Shown here in pieces: positions 43,154-56,883 of a stretch of DNA of 58,970 nucleotides. The stretch covers positions 1-58,970 of the forward strand of contig NKIB01013358.1 in the NCBI GenBank assembly GCA_002256025.1. Reading direction: 5' to 3'. Both the position numbers and the translations under genes were made by a program. The notes below the pieces were generated by a model that saw only the letters and a list, made by a program, of their open reading frames with translations, did not search any database and was not told the DNA's origin. The DNA is from Asterionella formosa (Eukaryota). Position 1 is the stretch's first letter. Every line of letters begins with the position of its first letter.

Positions 43154-44684
43154 CTAGTAGACCTCGACGTGCCACTGCTTTTTAGCCTTTAGCCCCTTCA
43201 ACCACTCCTCGTAATCCAATCCCTTGGACTTGGCCACAACCTCCAACATGTCTTGAATACCTGGCATCATTCCCTTCAATCCACAAAAGTAAATATGAGC
43301 GCCATCGTCCAACTTCTTGAAAATTTCGTCAGCGTACTCCTCAACCTTATCTTGAATATACATTTTTCCTCCCTTCTTGTTATCCTGTTCACGAGAGAGT
43401 GCGTAGTCGAGACGAAAGTTATCAGGGTACTTCGTCAAGACCTCTTGCCACTCGTCATCGTACAACAAGGCGTCACTATTGGCAACACCAAGGAAGAGCC
43501 ATGCTTGCCCCTTGTAAGCAGCTGCAGCTGGAGTTTTTTCGACAAAGAGACGACGGATAAAGCCACGATAAGGAGCTATTCCGGTTCCAGTAGCAACCAT
43601 AATGAAATCAGTGGAAGGATCTTCCTCGGGCATCAACATGACTTTTCCGGCAGGGCCTGTCATATCGACCTGGTCACCTGGCTGAGTGTCGCACAAAAAG
43701 TTTGAGCAAATACCCTTCTTTGCAGGATCGTCGGCCTTGAGTTCGGGATCCCAGTATGTCGCGCGACGGACACAGAGAGATCCTGTTTTTCCAGTCATGT
43801 CGTCCCCATAACGGGTGGAAGCAATGGAATAAAGACGGACAGAATGTGGTTTTCCGTCCTTTTCACGGACACCAGGAGGGATAACACCCCATGATTGTCC
43901 CTCCCAGTAAGGGAAGTCACCCTTGTGATCAATGACAATGTGGCAAGTCTCACCAGTAGCCTTGGGTCCAACAATACGCTTGGTAGAAACCACCTTCCCA
44001 GCAAAAGGCGCCTTATTTTTGTACACATTCACAGGAACTGCCGATTGGTCCCAATATGGGGACGCCTCCAAAAAGTCTTGCTGTTTTGATGATCCCAAAA
44101 ACTTGATCCCAGCCGCACCAACAGCGAGAACACCTGCACCGATTCCGAGCAAATTCTTGGTGTTATCAACAGTTTCAACAACTTCGACGACTTTTTTGGC
44201 GGCGAATGCCGCTGAAGGGACAGCGGAAGTGGAGATGGCAATTGTTGCAAGGGCAGAAGCTGTGCGCTTCAAAGTCTTCGAAACATACGAGAAATGTATG
44301 CGTTAATATGGTTCATGACTAGAATTCGAAATATATCCGAAACAGCTTCAATTGTCAACCCAAAATATTGTCCACGTACCTTGAATGCCAACTTTCGCTT
44401 CCAACCTTTCTCGACTGTCATACTCAAGGACACATCTTTGACACTGTCATGAACGGAAAGAAGAGGTGAGCATCGGATCAACCATGAGCATCAAATTCTT
44501 TGTTGGCGTTTGCTCCACAAAAGTTGGTCATCATTGAACAATCCCTCCTTTCTCATCCGGTATCACGTTTTGAATAGGTGTTGGCTTCAGCTACGTACCG
44601 GACGTATTGTGCTTGCTGAAGGGTAAATGAAAAAGCAGTGCCTACGAGAGCAAAGCTCAAGGCAATAGAGCAAATCTTCACCAT
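43154..44684 (-). CDS. petH: plastid ferredoxin-NADP+ reductase; exons 44684-44599, 44443-44380, 44275-43154
   Basis: [35 protein letters not shown] and C-terminal WHVEVY. Upstream exons give [23 protein letters not shown] (signal peptide, +1 Phe) and splice in frame via GT-AG. Confidence 0.95.
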
Positions 44685-45008
44685 AATGCTACGTATTGAT
44701 CAAATATATTCAACAAGGAGAATGGATGGAAGGAGGCGACAACAAAAGCGGCGAGTAGCTGTGGCAACTGCAGAAAGGGCTACGTATGTTGGACCGGCCT
44801 TCTCGTTTGATGGTCGTCAATCCATAATTCCCCCTACATACGTGCAAGTGGAGTATGCCTTTTTTTCATGCGTTCTTGCTTCTGCTTTTGCTTTGATACA
44901 CGTCCGTGTGCGTGGTACATCAGACTCAGGAGGCTAAAAATTGGCAGAAATGAATACCGACCAGCATATAATGGATATGTAAGCATATACTGGAATACCG
45001 GTAACATA

Positions 45009-45111
45009 ATTTTGAAGCCGACACAGGGTTGAACACGTACGTGAGCGAACTTCAGGATCATCATGGAATTTTGAAGCCGACACAGGGTTGAACACGTACG
45101 TGAGAGAACTT
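45009..45111. repeat. tandem duplication, 58-bp period
   Basis: aattttgaagccgacacagggttgaacacgtacgtgag(c/a)gaactt occurs twice. Confidence 0.85.
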
Positions 45112-45174
45112 TACATGGATCCGACTACCGGTACCAGGTACCTGGTATCGGTCCCAGTCTCCTTTGGTACCAGG

Positions 45175-45267
45175 TACCAGCAAGTTGCGGTAATTGTGCT
45201 GAAGTTGAAGATTTTTAGTTATCTTTATTCCATTTTAAATTGTATGCTTAGGCAAAATTACCACAAC
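45175..45267. mobile_element. MITE-like hairpin element, copy 2
   Basis: taccagcaagttgcggtaattgtgc ... gcaaaattaccacaac. Confidence 0.65.
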
Positions 45268-45575
45268 ATCGAGCAAAAATTGCACTAATATGATGATGCA
45301 ACAATTTGGACATATATTTGTAAGATATTTACTCCAGCTGATCCAATACTTTGAGAAAGAAATAAGCTCACCAACTCTTATATCCATTATCTTCCATTCT
45401 TTGTGGCACTTCCATTCCTGGCATGATCTTTTTGAAACATTTTCGCTGGAATTTGATTTGGCTGGAAATATTCAGGTGAAACTCAAACAAGTTTGCAGTA
45501 ATTCTACTTGAGCAAACATTTAAGATAAGGACAGCAAAGATAGCTAGGCCTAAACCAGTAGCTCCAGTGTTATAA

Positions 45576-45668
45576 CCAGCAAGTTGTGGTAATTTTGCTG
45601 AAACTAAAACTTTAGCTATCTTTATCCCCTATGAAATCGTTTATTTAAGCAAAATGACCGCAACTTGC
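45576..45668. mobile_element. MITE-like hairpin element, copy 3
   Basis: ccagcaagttgtggtaattttgc ... gcaaaatgaccgcaacttgc. Confidence 0.7.
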
Positions 45669-46549
45669 AGAAATGCATAGGTTGCAGTAATATTATTGCT
45701 GAAACTGTCAAAACATTAGCTTGATACTGATACCATCTTCCTTCTTGGGGCCTTTGCCCCCCCCCACATCTCAACTTTCAACAAAAGTCAATTACAACAA
45801 ATTTGTCGTAAATGAGAATCGGATTACCTCAGACTCCCTTGGTACGTACCGTGTATTTGTTGCGTAACAGCCTCTTGACAATCTTCATACATAGAATATG
45901 TGTGTAGTAATACAACACTTGCTGGTTATGAAGTTGCATCATCATTATGACCGGTGGGTGGTGGTGTTGATTGGCAACGTTATGATAATTTGGAGAGTAG
46001 TTTAAATAGATAAATATTGAAGTATACTAAAACATTAAAAAAATTGTATTTAATCTCTTGTCGATAATGGTACATCGTAGAACAGCGCATACGTTCGAAA
46101 ATTTCGATTCTTGATGTGACAACAGGGAATGGAGAATTTGTTGTGGCAGCGCAATTGTGAGTTTTCGAATTTACCTACTATTCACGTGATTCATAGACTA
46201 ACATGCTAGAGAGTAATCTATTCTACTTACTTAATAATGTACTTATAATAATGAAATGACATCATGCTAGACTATCAAAAAATTCTATTGTTTCAATGAT
46301 TGTCATGATAATGCCGGCCAAGGTTGGATTGAACCAATGTGCCTATATATATTTGTTTGTGTGAAACAACGGTTATTATTATTATTTTTACCTGCTACAT
46401 GGTGTAGACCCATACAAAGTAAAGAGCTGCCTACATATCTGTAACAAGGCAGATCATGATCGACAGTTGCAAGATGTACAACTAATTTTCAATAATCAAA
46501 GCAGCCAATTGAAATTTTCTTCTATCAATTTCAAAGATATTCATTTAAT

Positions 46550-47850
46550 ATTTAATTTGATGAATCCAGGAGACATTTGACATATCACTATTCCAAATAC
46601 TCTTTTGGATAATATTATTAAGCGATATCATGATATGTGTTAGCTCATTTGGGAATGATGTGATTGAATGCTTCAGTTGCTACACATTCTTATTATCCGC
46701 TATTAAAGCATGAGTGAAAAATCTATTTAATACATGCAAAGCGTGTCAAAGTACAAAATCACCTGGTATCTGTCGCTGCTATTATGGCGGAATTCCACCT
46801 CGTGATGCCTTATTTACTACCATGATGATCAGAAGTTGCAGTGGATTTAATTGGTCCATGGAAGATATCAGTGGTTACCAGAACACTTGAATTTCTTGCA
46901 TTAACATGTATCAATACCATCACTAACTTGTAGAAATTTCAGGTATTAATAAAAAAGCCTCAACATTTTAAGATTGATTGGTTGGTATGATATCCATGTC
47001 CAGAACGTTGTATACATGACAATTGTGGATAATTTACAGGTGTTCACTTCATGTGTATGATGATCTTTGATGGGATTTAAGATGTTACTATTAGTAGCAA
47101 GAATACACAAACAAATGCTATTTGTGAATGATTACATCAATCACTTAGCGACAGTCTATGACTGATGCTAAAAACTCATCTCCTGAATAACCAATTCCAA
47201 GCTCAGAATATTGATAATACATGTTCAGCTGCTGCTTCCTATGCAGCTACTAGAGCCACTATTCATAGTACACTCCGGGGAATGGCTTAATTGGTTATCA
47301 CACCTCATGATGTGGCGGGTTTAATTACTCCATTCTCCACCTTTCTTTCTTTTATTTAGTCCCTAGGTTCCGGGGGGTGAGGCTGATGAAGAGACATGTC
47401 CCGTTGTACCGTGGTACCGACAAATAAAGCCGGTACTAATTGTTTCCATTTCAGTGGGCACAAGTGCGATTATTGGATAGCTTTACATAGTACACTTCGT
47501 ATTTCTCCAGGAGCACTGGTGTTCCAACATGATATGATACTAAATATTCCTCTGAGCACAGAATTATAATATGATATCAACATTGTCAAGTGATTATTGA
47601 CAAACGTCTTCATCTTACTACTTACCGTCATCATTTTTGTGATTACAAGTTTAGGAATGAGATTTTGGTACTTTTGGATAATCCAAGTAGATTGGATGAT
47701 GATCATGGAAAAGATCCTCAAATTTTGATTCAAGTACATGCTAATGGCACAGTGCCTTTCAGCATACCATGCATATTAACAAACAAATTAATATTTTTCA
47801 TATCTAACCTTTTCATTGGTAAATTTTTCCTGTAATGTGGGAGAGTGATT
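46550..47850 (+). pseudogene. Ty3/gypsy integrase remnant (heavily decayed)
   Basis: Fragments IPNTLLDNIIKRYHD, CKACQSTK, YGGIPPRDA, EVAVDLIGPW, YPCPERCIHDN, NAICE.LHQ and IHSTL|RISPGALVFQHDMILNIP; purine tract gggagag-tg near 47840. Confidence 0.85.
47275..47485 (+). mobile_element. tRNA-derived SINE, family 1, copy 2, with 11-bp TSD
   Basis: GGGGAATGGCTTAATTGG...ATTCTCCA head, flanked by catagtacact at 47264-47274 and 47486-47496. Removing it restores the integrase frame. Confidence 0.85.
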
Positions 47851-49050
47851 AATCCCAGGTAACTGTATTGCATTCTATATGCATGGTTAGTATTATATCA
47901 CAAATATCAGAACTCAATATCTGTGCCCATGTTGAATGATGGAATTATTCAATGAACTTACCTTCATCTGTTTAGTTTTTAGGTTGATACACAACCTAAC
48001 TGATAATCTCATATATTCAATAAATACTGCTACTTCTAGTTAGATAGTATTACTTCAGAGGGACTGATGTTTATAGAAAGTCAACAGAAGGTTGTGACAG
48101 GAACTGATTTGGGGCACCACAGACAACACTGAGATGTTTTAGGGACTCCCCTCCCCTTCCACATTCTCAGTATGCTGCTGATGAAATTGTTTTATGAAAA
48201 TGAATAATGGGGTGTATACTAGAGTACGACCGGTGGTATATTCATTTTTACAATTTTATTATAGACTTTCTAGAATATCTTTATTTGAAAAATGTCATGA
48301 CGATATACCCTGTCATCATGACATGTTCGTACTACACATGTGTGGCACCAGGTACCACCAGGATACCTGGTACCGGTACGTCCAGATACCGACCAGCACA
48401 TCAGGTACGCACACTTGTACTCTCTATATCCAGGCATATCACCATGGCTGATGTGCGTAACTGTTAGGTGAGGGAGTGACCAAGGGAGTACCAGGGTACC
48501 AGGTACCAGGTAACAGGTACCAGTACTAGCAATGTAGAGTAACCAATGTACCTGGTACCAGTGCTTGCTTATACCTGGTGCAGGAGGCCGCACAACCCCC
48601 TCCAAATAAAACATGAAAAACACAAAATGCACGCCGAGCAGCGAAACACTTGACTATCAACACGAGCGCATGTGAAAGTGGCTTGACACTTCCTTTCAAA
48701 TTGTAAGTACCGGTATTCAACAACTGGAAATGATCTTTCTTGCTTAGCAATGGTTGCTGATTGGTTCCAACGTCGGAAGCAATTTGAATAGGAGCCGAGG
48801 TGCTGTGTTTTGCCAAAACGAACGCTTTTGGCCATTTGGTTCATATCTCCCTATTTTGGCCCATTTTGCATTTTTCAAATTATTGTCTCACGCCCTCTCC
48901 TTTCGCCTCGGTGTCTGCTTGAACATGTATGGCGATATACTTCTCTTTTCGCAGTTCCGTTACTAGGGACTCTTCATTAAACGGTACTCCTACCCGTAAG
49001 CAAGTTGAAAGAAATATCTCCTTCAGTTTTCGCCGGTAATTGCCGCTAGC

Positions 49051-50212
49051 ATGGCATATAATGAGGACTCCTCAGCTTCAGGGCACGACGAACCGTGGAT
49101 TCAGTGGTACGAAGCTATGAACACACAGTGCGCAATCCTTTTTAATTTTTTCTGACACTCGACTTCGATGCCAGGTTTTGCGGGCTGAAGGGACACGAAA
49201 TGTTTTGTGAAGTGGAGAGGTCGTACATCGAAGATGGTTTCAACTTGTACGGACTCCGGGCATGCGTGTCCAACTTTTCGGACTGCTTAGACCTGATACT
49301 GGACAGAATCGGCCCAGATGATTCCGATGATTCGCACCTAACTCAGAATGCATGTACCTTGTACGGACTCATTCATGCCCGATACATTATTACTGCTCAT
49401 GGCCTCGATGCTATGTACAACAAGGTAAGCAGGGCCAATTATTATTGGATGCGCCTTATCTTGACGAATGAATCTGACCCATGTTATTTCTAAAGTATGC
49501 TGCCAAAGAATTCGGGACATGTCCCCTGATGCAATGCTACGGACAGCCTGTCCTTCCTGTTGGTCCGAAAGACGAAATTGGTGCTGACACGGTGAAAATA
49601 TTTTGCCCCAAATGTCAATCTGTCTACCACTCACCTCCAGCAAGATCCAGAAGTAGCAACCATCATAGCTCGAGTGCAGGAGTCAGTGGGGGAGTGGATG
49701 GTGCTTCGTTTGGAACAACCTTTCCGCATCTCTTTTTAATGACCTTCAGCAACCTCGTGCCAGACCCTTTACCTCCAGATTCTGCGTATATCCCGCGAGT
49801 CTTTGGATTCCGTGTACACCACAGCGCAAGACAGCGGAATAGCGGTAACTCTGTCTCATCACCAACACAGATCGTGTCATCGAGAAGACTGGATTTCGTC
49901 GATGGTGGTGATTCAAAGCGTAACGGCACCGACAGGGAAGATAAGAAAGAAACGGCTTATGTTGAAACCTCTATACCTTCCCCGCAAGTTGAAGCTGATG
50001 AAGAGGAAAGTAATGAAAAAGGTCGAACTAAGGGTGCTAACAAGCGATCTAACCGAGCAAGCGACGACGCTTCCAAACAAGAAAGCGAGAGACCGAAACG
50101 CAAAGCCGATGGAGCTGAAGGGGGAAGGAAAGCTATGGTTGAGGACAATACGGGAGTTGGCGAAGGCCCCATAAAGAGAAGAAAGAGGCCTGATAGTGCA
50201 GATGGGTCGTAG
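49051..50212 (+). CDS. CSNK2B: casein kinase II regulatory subunit beta; exons 49051-49106, 49175-49424, 49496-50212
   Basis: WIQWFCGLKGHEMFCEV, YIEDGFNLYGL, LYGLIHARYI, FGTCP..C.GQPVLPVG, VKIFCPKC, DGASFGTTFPHLF and YIPRVFGF. GT-AG introns restore the frame. Confidence 0.95.
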
Positions 50213-50411
50213 GCATCTTTAAGTAGTTCAACCTTTGGTTTTAGCTGGGATGGCGGGGCACTTTGCTTTTTAGATCATCTAGAGTACCGGTAGCTACATG
50301 ATAGACCATGCTAGGAAGCTCTACTGAACTGTTGCACAACTTCAATGCTGGCTGACATTGAGGATGAACCTTATAATGCTTTTCAAGGCCAATTCTAATT
50401 ATTTCAGTCAT

Positions 50412-51961
50412 CTATTCCATTGACTTAACACTCTTCTCAATAATGTCAAGACATTCATCAACCTCTGCTTCAGTAATTGTCAGAGGAGGAGCGAATCGAA
50501 TAATGTTACCATGAGTTGGCTTGGCAATAAGTCCATTCTCCATCATTCGCACGCAGAGTTCGTATGCTTTACCAGTGTCCCCGTATCCTCCCTTGGGTTG
50601 GTTGATCACCATGGCATTCAAAAGACCACGTCCACGGACTGACTCAATGACAGATTTCCCAACCATACTGGAAAGTCCAGCGCGGAGCTGTACGCCACGA
50701 ATGTCAGCGTTTTCAGACAGTTTCTCGTCTCTCAATACTTCCAAAGCAGCAGTGGCAACCTTGCAGGCAAGGGGATTTCCTCCGTAGGTAGATCCGTGCT
50801 CACCTGGTTTGAGAATCATCATGACTTCCTCGGAAGCAAGAACCGCTGACACAGGTAGGACACCACCGGAGAGCGCCTATTTGTAGTTAAATGATGAGAA
50901 TCTACTGAGGACGAATCAATCAACACATAAAAGTATGCATCTGTGCCCACTCACCTTGCCGAGAATAACAATATCAGGCTTGCAATGGTCATGATCAACA
51001 GCGAGCTCGTATCCAGTTCTTCCCAAACCTGTCTGAACCTCATCAGCAATCAAAAGGACGTTGTACTTAGTACACAACTCCCTAACTTTGGTCATGTACC
51101 CGTCCGCAGGAACGACAACGCCAGCTTCACCCTGAATAGGCTCCACCATGAAAGCACAGATATCTGGATCTTTCTCAAACTCAGCTTCCAACATGTTCAA
51201 ATTATTAAAGGGAACATGTGAAAATCCAGGCATATACGGCCCAAAGCCTCGGTAGGCACTTGGGTCATTGGACGACGAAATTGCTGCCAAGGTTCGTCCC
51301 CAAAAATTTTGATTAGCAAACACGATACGCGCCTTGTTCTCATCAATGCCCTTGACCTCGTATCCCCACCGACGAGCAAGTTTGACGGCCGTTTCTCCTC
51401 CTTCTACTCCAGTGTTCATCGGCAATACGCGATCGTAGCCAAAATAGGAGGTAATAAACTCCGCGTAGGGCCCGAGAGCGTCATTGTAGAACGCACGTGA
51501 TGTCAACGTGAGGAGGTCAGCTTGATCCTTCAATGCGCTGATAATCTTGGGGTGGCAGTGGCCTTGATTCACGGCGGAATAGGCAGACAAAAAGTCGTAG
51601 TAACAGTTGCCATCAACGTCCCAGACACGAGTTCCTACAAGGCAGAGGTTTCGGAGCCGGTAAGAGAAAATGGCACAGAACGAAGCGGATAAAATGTGTC
51701 AATGGCAGGTAGGCAGGAATGGTCGGTTTAGCACTGCAAACAAAGGTGCCCTTCAGTTCCACCAGAAGCTGCACAGGATCAATTCTTACCTTTGCCTTTG
51801 GCGAGGACTACTGGAAGTGGCGCATAGTTGTGCGCTCCATATTTGTCTTCTTGCTCGATGAAATTCTTTGTTGCATCGGATTGGTTGCCGGAAACAGGCA
51901 GGGCCGAGAGTTGACGGCGAGATGTGGCTCGGGCGGCGTGGGTAATGGTTGTCTTGAACAT
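50412..51961 (-). CDS. OAT: ornithine aminotransferase, mitochondrial; exons 51961-51790, 51634-50955, 50876-50412
   Basis: [63 protein letters not shown] and [10 protein letters not shown]. Arg-rich N-terminal presequence; spliced length is a multiple of 3. Confidence 0.97.
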
Positions 51962-53159
51962 GATGTACTATTTGTAACGAGACACTTATGGTTGTCGCTA
52001 TTATGATTCAATTTACAGGCTCGTACAAGTTATACATTAGCAATCTTGTGAATATGGTAGAATGGTAACAGATTGAAATAGGAATCCTCGGCACAATTTC
52101 ATCTACAAGCAAGCCACAAGATGATGAGCGGTGTATTTTGATTGAATTTTTACGCAAGTTGACACAGTATTGATGCCGCTGCTTCACAGTGAACATAATT
52201 TTCATTGTTCCTGTGGTCGGCGTCACCTGATGGTGTGTGTGTAGTATGTCTTTGTGCCTGTGATTCTATGTAGATGCCAGTAGACTCCGGTGCCAGGTAC
52301 CTGGTACGGTACCATATTCTTTAGACTGTACTGCTAGCTACAGTACCTATGTACCAGGTACCATTCACCACCATATACATACTGGGACTTTGTACCGGTA
52401 CCTGATACCAGGTACCTGGTACCAGGTACTAGATATCATGTGGTGTGGTGCCTTGCTTGTTGCTTTTCCTCGCTCCTTGCCTGTTTTCATCATGATTGAT
52501 TCCCGTTTGGTGCAACTGTTACTACCGTAAGCAGAGGGAGTACCTGGTACGTCATTATAGCGAATAGCAACTGCCCTACTCTTATGTAGCTCGGACCAGA
52601 TACGAATGTATATTACAATATATAGGAGTTTGTTTGCAATCCCACCTTGTGAAGAATGGATAGAACTACCAGTAATATAGTAGGGAATGAAGCAACAACA
52701 CCTCACACTCATTTCCCACACAGCATGCAAAATTTTGCTGAAGGCAAGACATGCCTGAGGTGGTCTCTTGCCTACGAGTACACATGTATACGAGAAGGCA
52801 AGGGTATTGTTGAGGCAATTCACAAACTAGCTATAGTCGAGCATCATGTAAAATAAATATATTTGGGGTATTTCCTATCTTCACATAAAATCTTGCCGAA
52901 GGTCTGATATTGCCCATCATTAAAAAATATTTTTTTATACATCTTATGTTCACATTTCGGCAAGACAATTTATGCCAATTGCCCCTAGCTAGGTTTTCCA
53001 GCCCTGGGATTGCTGAAATCAGCAAGGGGTCTACGTAAGGAAACCATATTATATACTCCACAGATTTGATTAAAATATATCTAGTATTCACCTCATTTTT
53101 GTTTGTCGCCTGAAAATTGACTCTGGCAATTCACCTTCACCATGCAATCATCGTCCATT

Positions 53160-53870
53160 AGTTATGCCCAGTCTGAAGCGAAATCAGTTCAGTGATGATG
53201 CCAGTAGCGATTCTTGGTCGAACAGATGCGGTTGGTTGTTGGATTGCTTGTCTTCTCATGGGATTCATGTAGTCACATCATCCATAATTCTTTGGACAAA
53301 CGATGATATTGGTATATATCTGATGTTGGTGGCAAGTTTTTGCTCCGGTCATGTATGTGATGATGCTTAATTAATGGATATCCCAGTCATAATTGCCTGC
53401 ATACGTATGTGGTACTAAAAACAACCATACATGGTTTAAGCTAAACTTTAATGCTTAGTTTGAATACGTTATGATATTATCGCTGTAGATTCAGTATTAT
53501 TTTTACGAGACCAGAATGTTAAATTGTATCATTCACATATTGATTGATTTTACGTACCATATGCCCGATTTCGTCCTCACAATTATCCTTCTCACTCTAT
53601 CCTGTCTGCCATTACTCTATTCGGGCTTGTAACAGGCAACGTTCGTCTTTCTTATGAGCCCATCGTCTGCTGTGCGTTACGCTTGTTAGAGCGGATCGGT
53701 GAGTACATTTGTCAAACACTGGATGTGATCGTAGATACTTATTGTCGAATCTCCGATTTGATTGCTTCCATGGTCCGTTTTGATCGCTTCCATCGTTGTT
53801 TGTCGTTCTGCACTATCGTTTTGTTTCGATTGTATCTATCTACATAAGAACCAATTTATTTATCGATGAC
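53160..53870 (+). repeat. dispersed repeat, inverted relative of 41215-41935
   Basis: See 41215-41935; the ORF-track peptides SNRCGWLLDC occur at both loci. Confidence 0.85.
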
Positions 53871-54842
53871 TACTATAGCTAGTTGTTTACCATGATGTCA
53901 ATATTGCCGCCAAGCAATGCTTTTCTTTTACTTACGCGGTTTGCTACATTTCTACTATGAGTTCGTATCACAAGCTATGTATATTCAGCTAGAGGGAGTC
54001 AATAGTGCTAGCAGCCTGGTGATCATACTCAATCAGAATAGATTGGAATGGAATGATTATCGGGGTTGTTCGGTGGGAGGAAAAACTGTGGGCGGAAGGA
54101 CCGCCACTCATGTCAGGCTACTACAGCGATGGTCATGGTTGCAGCAACCAGATCATCTATGCTACATCACGATGCAGATCTCAATTGGGTTCAGCTTTTC
54201 TTCTTTCCTGTTTTATTTCGCTCTTCGATGATGGTGTGATGGAAATTTGCCTGTGTAAGTACTAGAATGCATGTGTCTCCACTAAAACTCTTATTTTTTA
54301 CTTTATTTCTAACCCAAAACAATATTTTCTATTTCTCATTTGACGCTACTTATTACATTGCATAACATACTTTAGTTGCTCCAAACATCATGTTCAATTT
54401 CTATTGATAATGCATGTTACAATCATTCTTGCGTGTTTAATGCTTGTTTTGCCGGTTCTATGTATATTACCATTATTCTGGCTGTCATGCTAAAATCTGT
54501 ATTTTATTGCCGAAAAATTCGATGTGCCCCATATTGCCCCTATATAAGAATTACTTAAGAAATTACTTAGAGCCTAAAAATTACTTAGAAGTACCCAAAT
54601 GGCAAGGCGATAGCTGGAGCGGGAATTTCTATGGCACTCCTACCATCCACCGCTATTTACCATAGCATATTATATTGTAGGGGTACCTGGTACCAGGTGA
54701 ACGATCCCACACAACAATGCATGTCTATATAGGATTAGGGTTGTAGCAAGTATATCAGAACTCGATTATGTGAGAACTTGACTAACACCTATTGAATACT
54801 TTGTCATCAACTTACTAGTGGAATCGGTTTGATATAATGATA

Positions 54843-55194
54843 ACCAAAATTTTAACTTCTCTTATTTTAAGCGCATTAAGACTACTCATTTGCTAGTATG
54901 GTTGACTGTGTATTGCGTCCTGGCGCTGCCAGCCCTGATGTTCATGTACATATGTACTTACCAACCTAGGATCATCCCAACAAACGCGGTGACTTCCGGC
55001 GCTGGTGCATGGGGATTAGTACAGGTTTTAAATGTCTGTATGGTACAACAGGGACCTGCATTTTTAATTCATTAGCTAGCTGCATCGCTCCCGAAACCCT
55101 AGGGACTACATGAAAAAGAAAGACAGGTGGAGAATACGGGAATCAAACCTGCCTCCTATGAAGTCATGCATGCTAACCAACTAAGCAATCCCCC
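54843..55194 (-). mobile_element. tRNA-derived SINE, family 1, copy 3
   Basis: Minus strand GGGGGATTGCTTAGTTGG...GGTTTGATTCCCGTATTCTCCA...tgtagtccctagggtttcgg...aggtccctgttgtacc. Flanks atataatgata (54832) and atacaatgata (55195) match at 10/11. Confidence 0.75.
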
Positions 55195-56883
55195 ATACAA
55201 TGATACCTACTAAGCTCCTATATTCAACAATACAACCACTTCTAGTTAGATACTTCACTTTGAATTCAAAAAGAGTCAAATTAGAATTAACAATGTTGAT
55301 TTTTTCTCGAGTCCCAGTTGTCCCATTGATCAAGGATTTCAACCTACTAAACATCAAGAATAGCACCTTTCATGCATTCCTACCAGTTCGATGTCTTGAG
55401 CCTTTCAACCAAGATGAGATTCATGGAAGCTCAGTGGAAGCAAGCTTTGTTGATTGCTCTGAATTGCTTACCTAACCTCCAGCAAATACCTTCTTCTAGT
55501 AATGCAAAGGTACCTTACAGAAATCGTCCTGTCTGAATGGATGAACATTGAAGTAATCCCAGTTGATCAGCACTATAACAGTTTTGATCACACCATGGTG
55601 ATATGCATGGTTGGAAGACTAGCTATCTTCTTCAGGAAAGCTTTCAGTGTCAGCATCAGTGGATACTCTGATACTTGACAAAACCATTTAGCATTTTTAT
55701 GGACTTTGGATCCTGTATCAAGACCAGGAATAGACTCCTCAAGCTTGTGTATCATCCAGATGATCAAGTGACCTTGTCTAAGGAAGATTTGATGGTGATT
55801 GTAATTCGCTCGATGCCTTAAGTGTGGCAGCAAGAGTTTGAATTGTAGAAAGAAAACAACACAGACCAAACAATTTGCTCGGTTTTGACTTACTTTGAGA
55901 GTCAACAATCATTCAAAGGTCGTCTCAATCACATCCCCAAGCATGGGTTCAACCATAATACAAGATTGTCTTCGCATCTGCCTTGCTTAAGGCAATTGTG
56001 TTATGTATCAAGAAACCGCGCGTGTCAGCCGTAAATTTATAACACAAGATCGTCTTCGCAAAGCTGAAAGCAATCGTCTGATGCATCAAGAAAACAAACG
56101 TGTAACTCGAAAATTTGTACAGTATAATTTTACACTAAGTGGTTGTGTCAGGGCACATGCAATAGTGATCACAGCCAGCCATGCATGCAGTCGTGAAACA
56201 AGGGTCTAACGTAAGGCCCTTCAAGCTATCATCGTACTAACTACACACATACTCCGGTAATCCATTTCCTTTTCCTCTTGCGTGGAAATTTTGAACAGAG
56301 CGAGCTCCATTGAATTTAATTCCCATGTGATTAGGAACCCCCATAATTGGTGGATGCTGTGCATATTCATTAAATAATATGAGTGTTTTTGTAACTGGTT
56401 GGTCCCTATCTTTGACAAATGAACTCCTGGTACCAGGTACCTCAGGAGGCTACTAAAGTTCACCATCTATCAAAATTTACAATTAATATTTACCAAATCT
56501 TACATTAGACCTGTCACTATTAATAGGTGACCTACAGAAGCGTAAAGTCTAAATCTTTTCTTTTTAAGGACAACCAAAATCAAAAATGCAAATTCATCGT
56601 GAGAGTACCAGGTAGTGTGGTAGACCAGTTTTCGCCATGCAGAAATAGTAGAACTTTTCGATTCTTGACAATACTTACCATCAGTGTAATACGAGATCAG
56701 CTCTCACAATGGACCAAAGGAATGGAAATCATATCAGTACTTTATGAGTAGAAAGAAATGAGAAGCAGAGAATGTGATTGCAGGATGGTTGATGACACAG
56801 ATGGGCGGAAAATTCTTGGAATCTTGTGATCCACATGTCACATGCTGTCAGTATCTGCTAGAAGGAAACAATGTTTCACCTCA

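Noticed and set aside
47383..47440. Hammerhead core in SINE family 1 (CTGATGA / CTGAAGA)
   Set aside because: No downstream GAAA with flanking stems, and the motif is absent from copy 3.
55200..56200. Possible decayed LINE or Fanzor/TnpB coding remnant
   Set aside because: No RT, endonuclease, RuvC or zinc-finger motif could be recognised in any frame.
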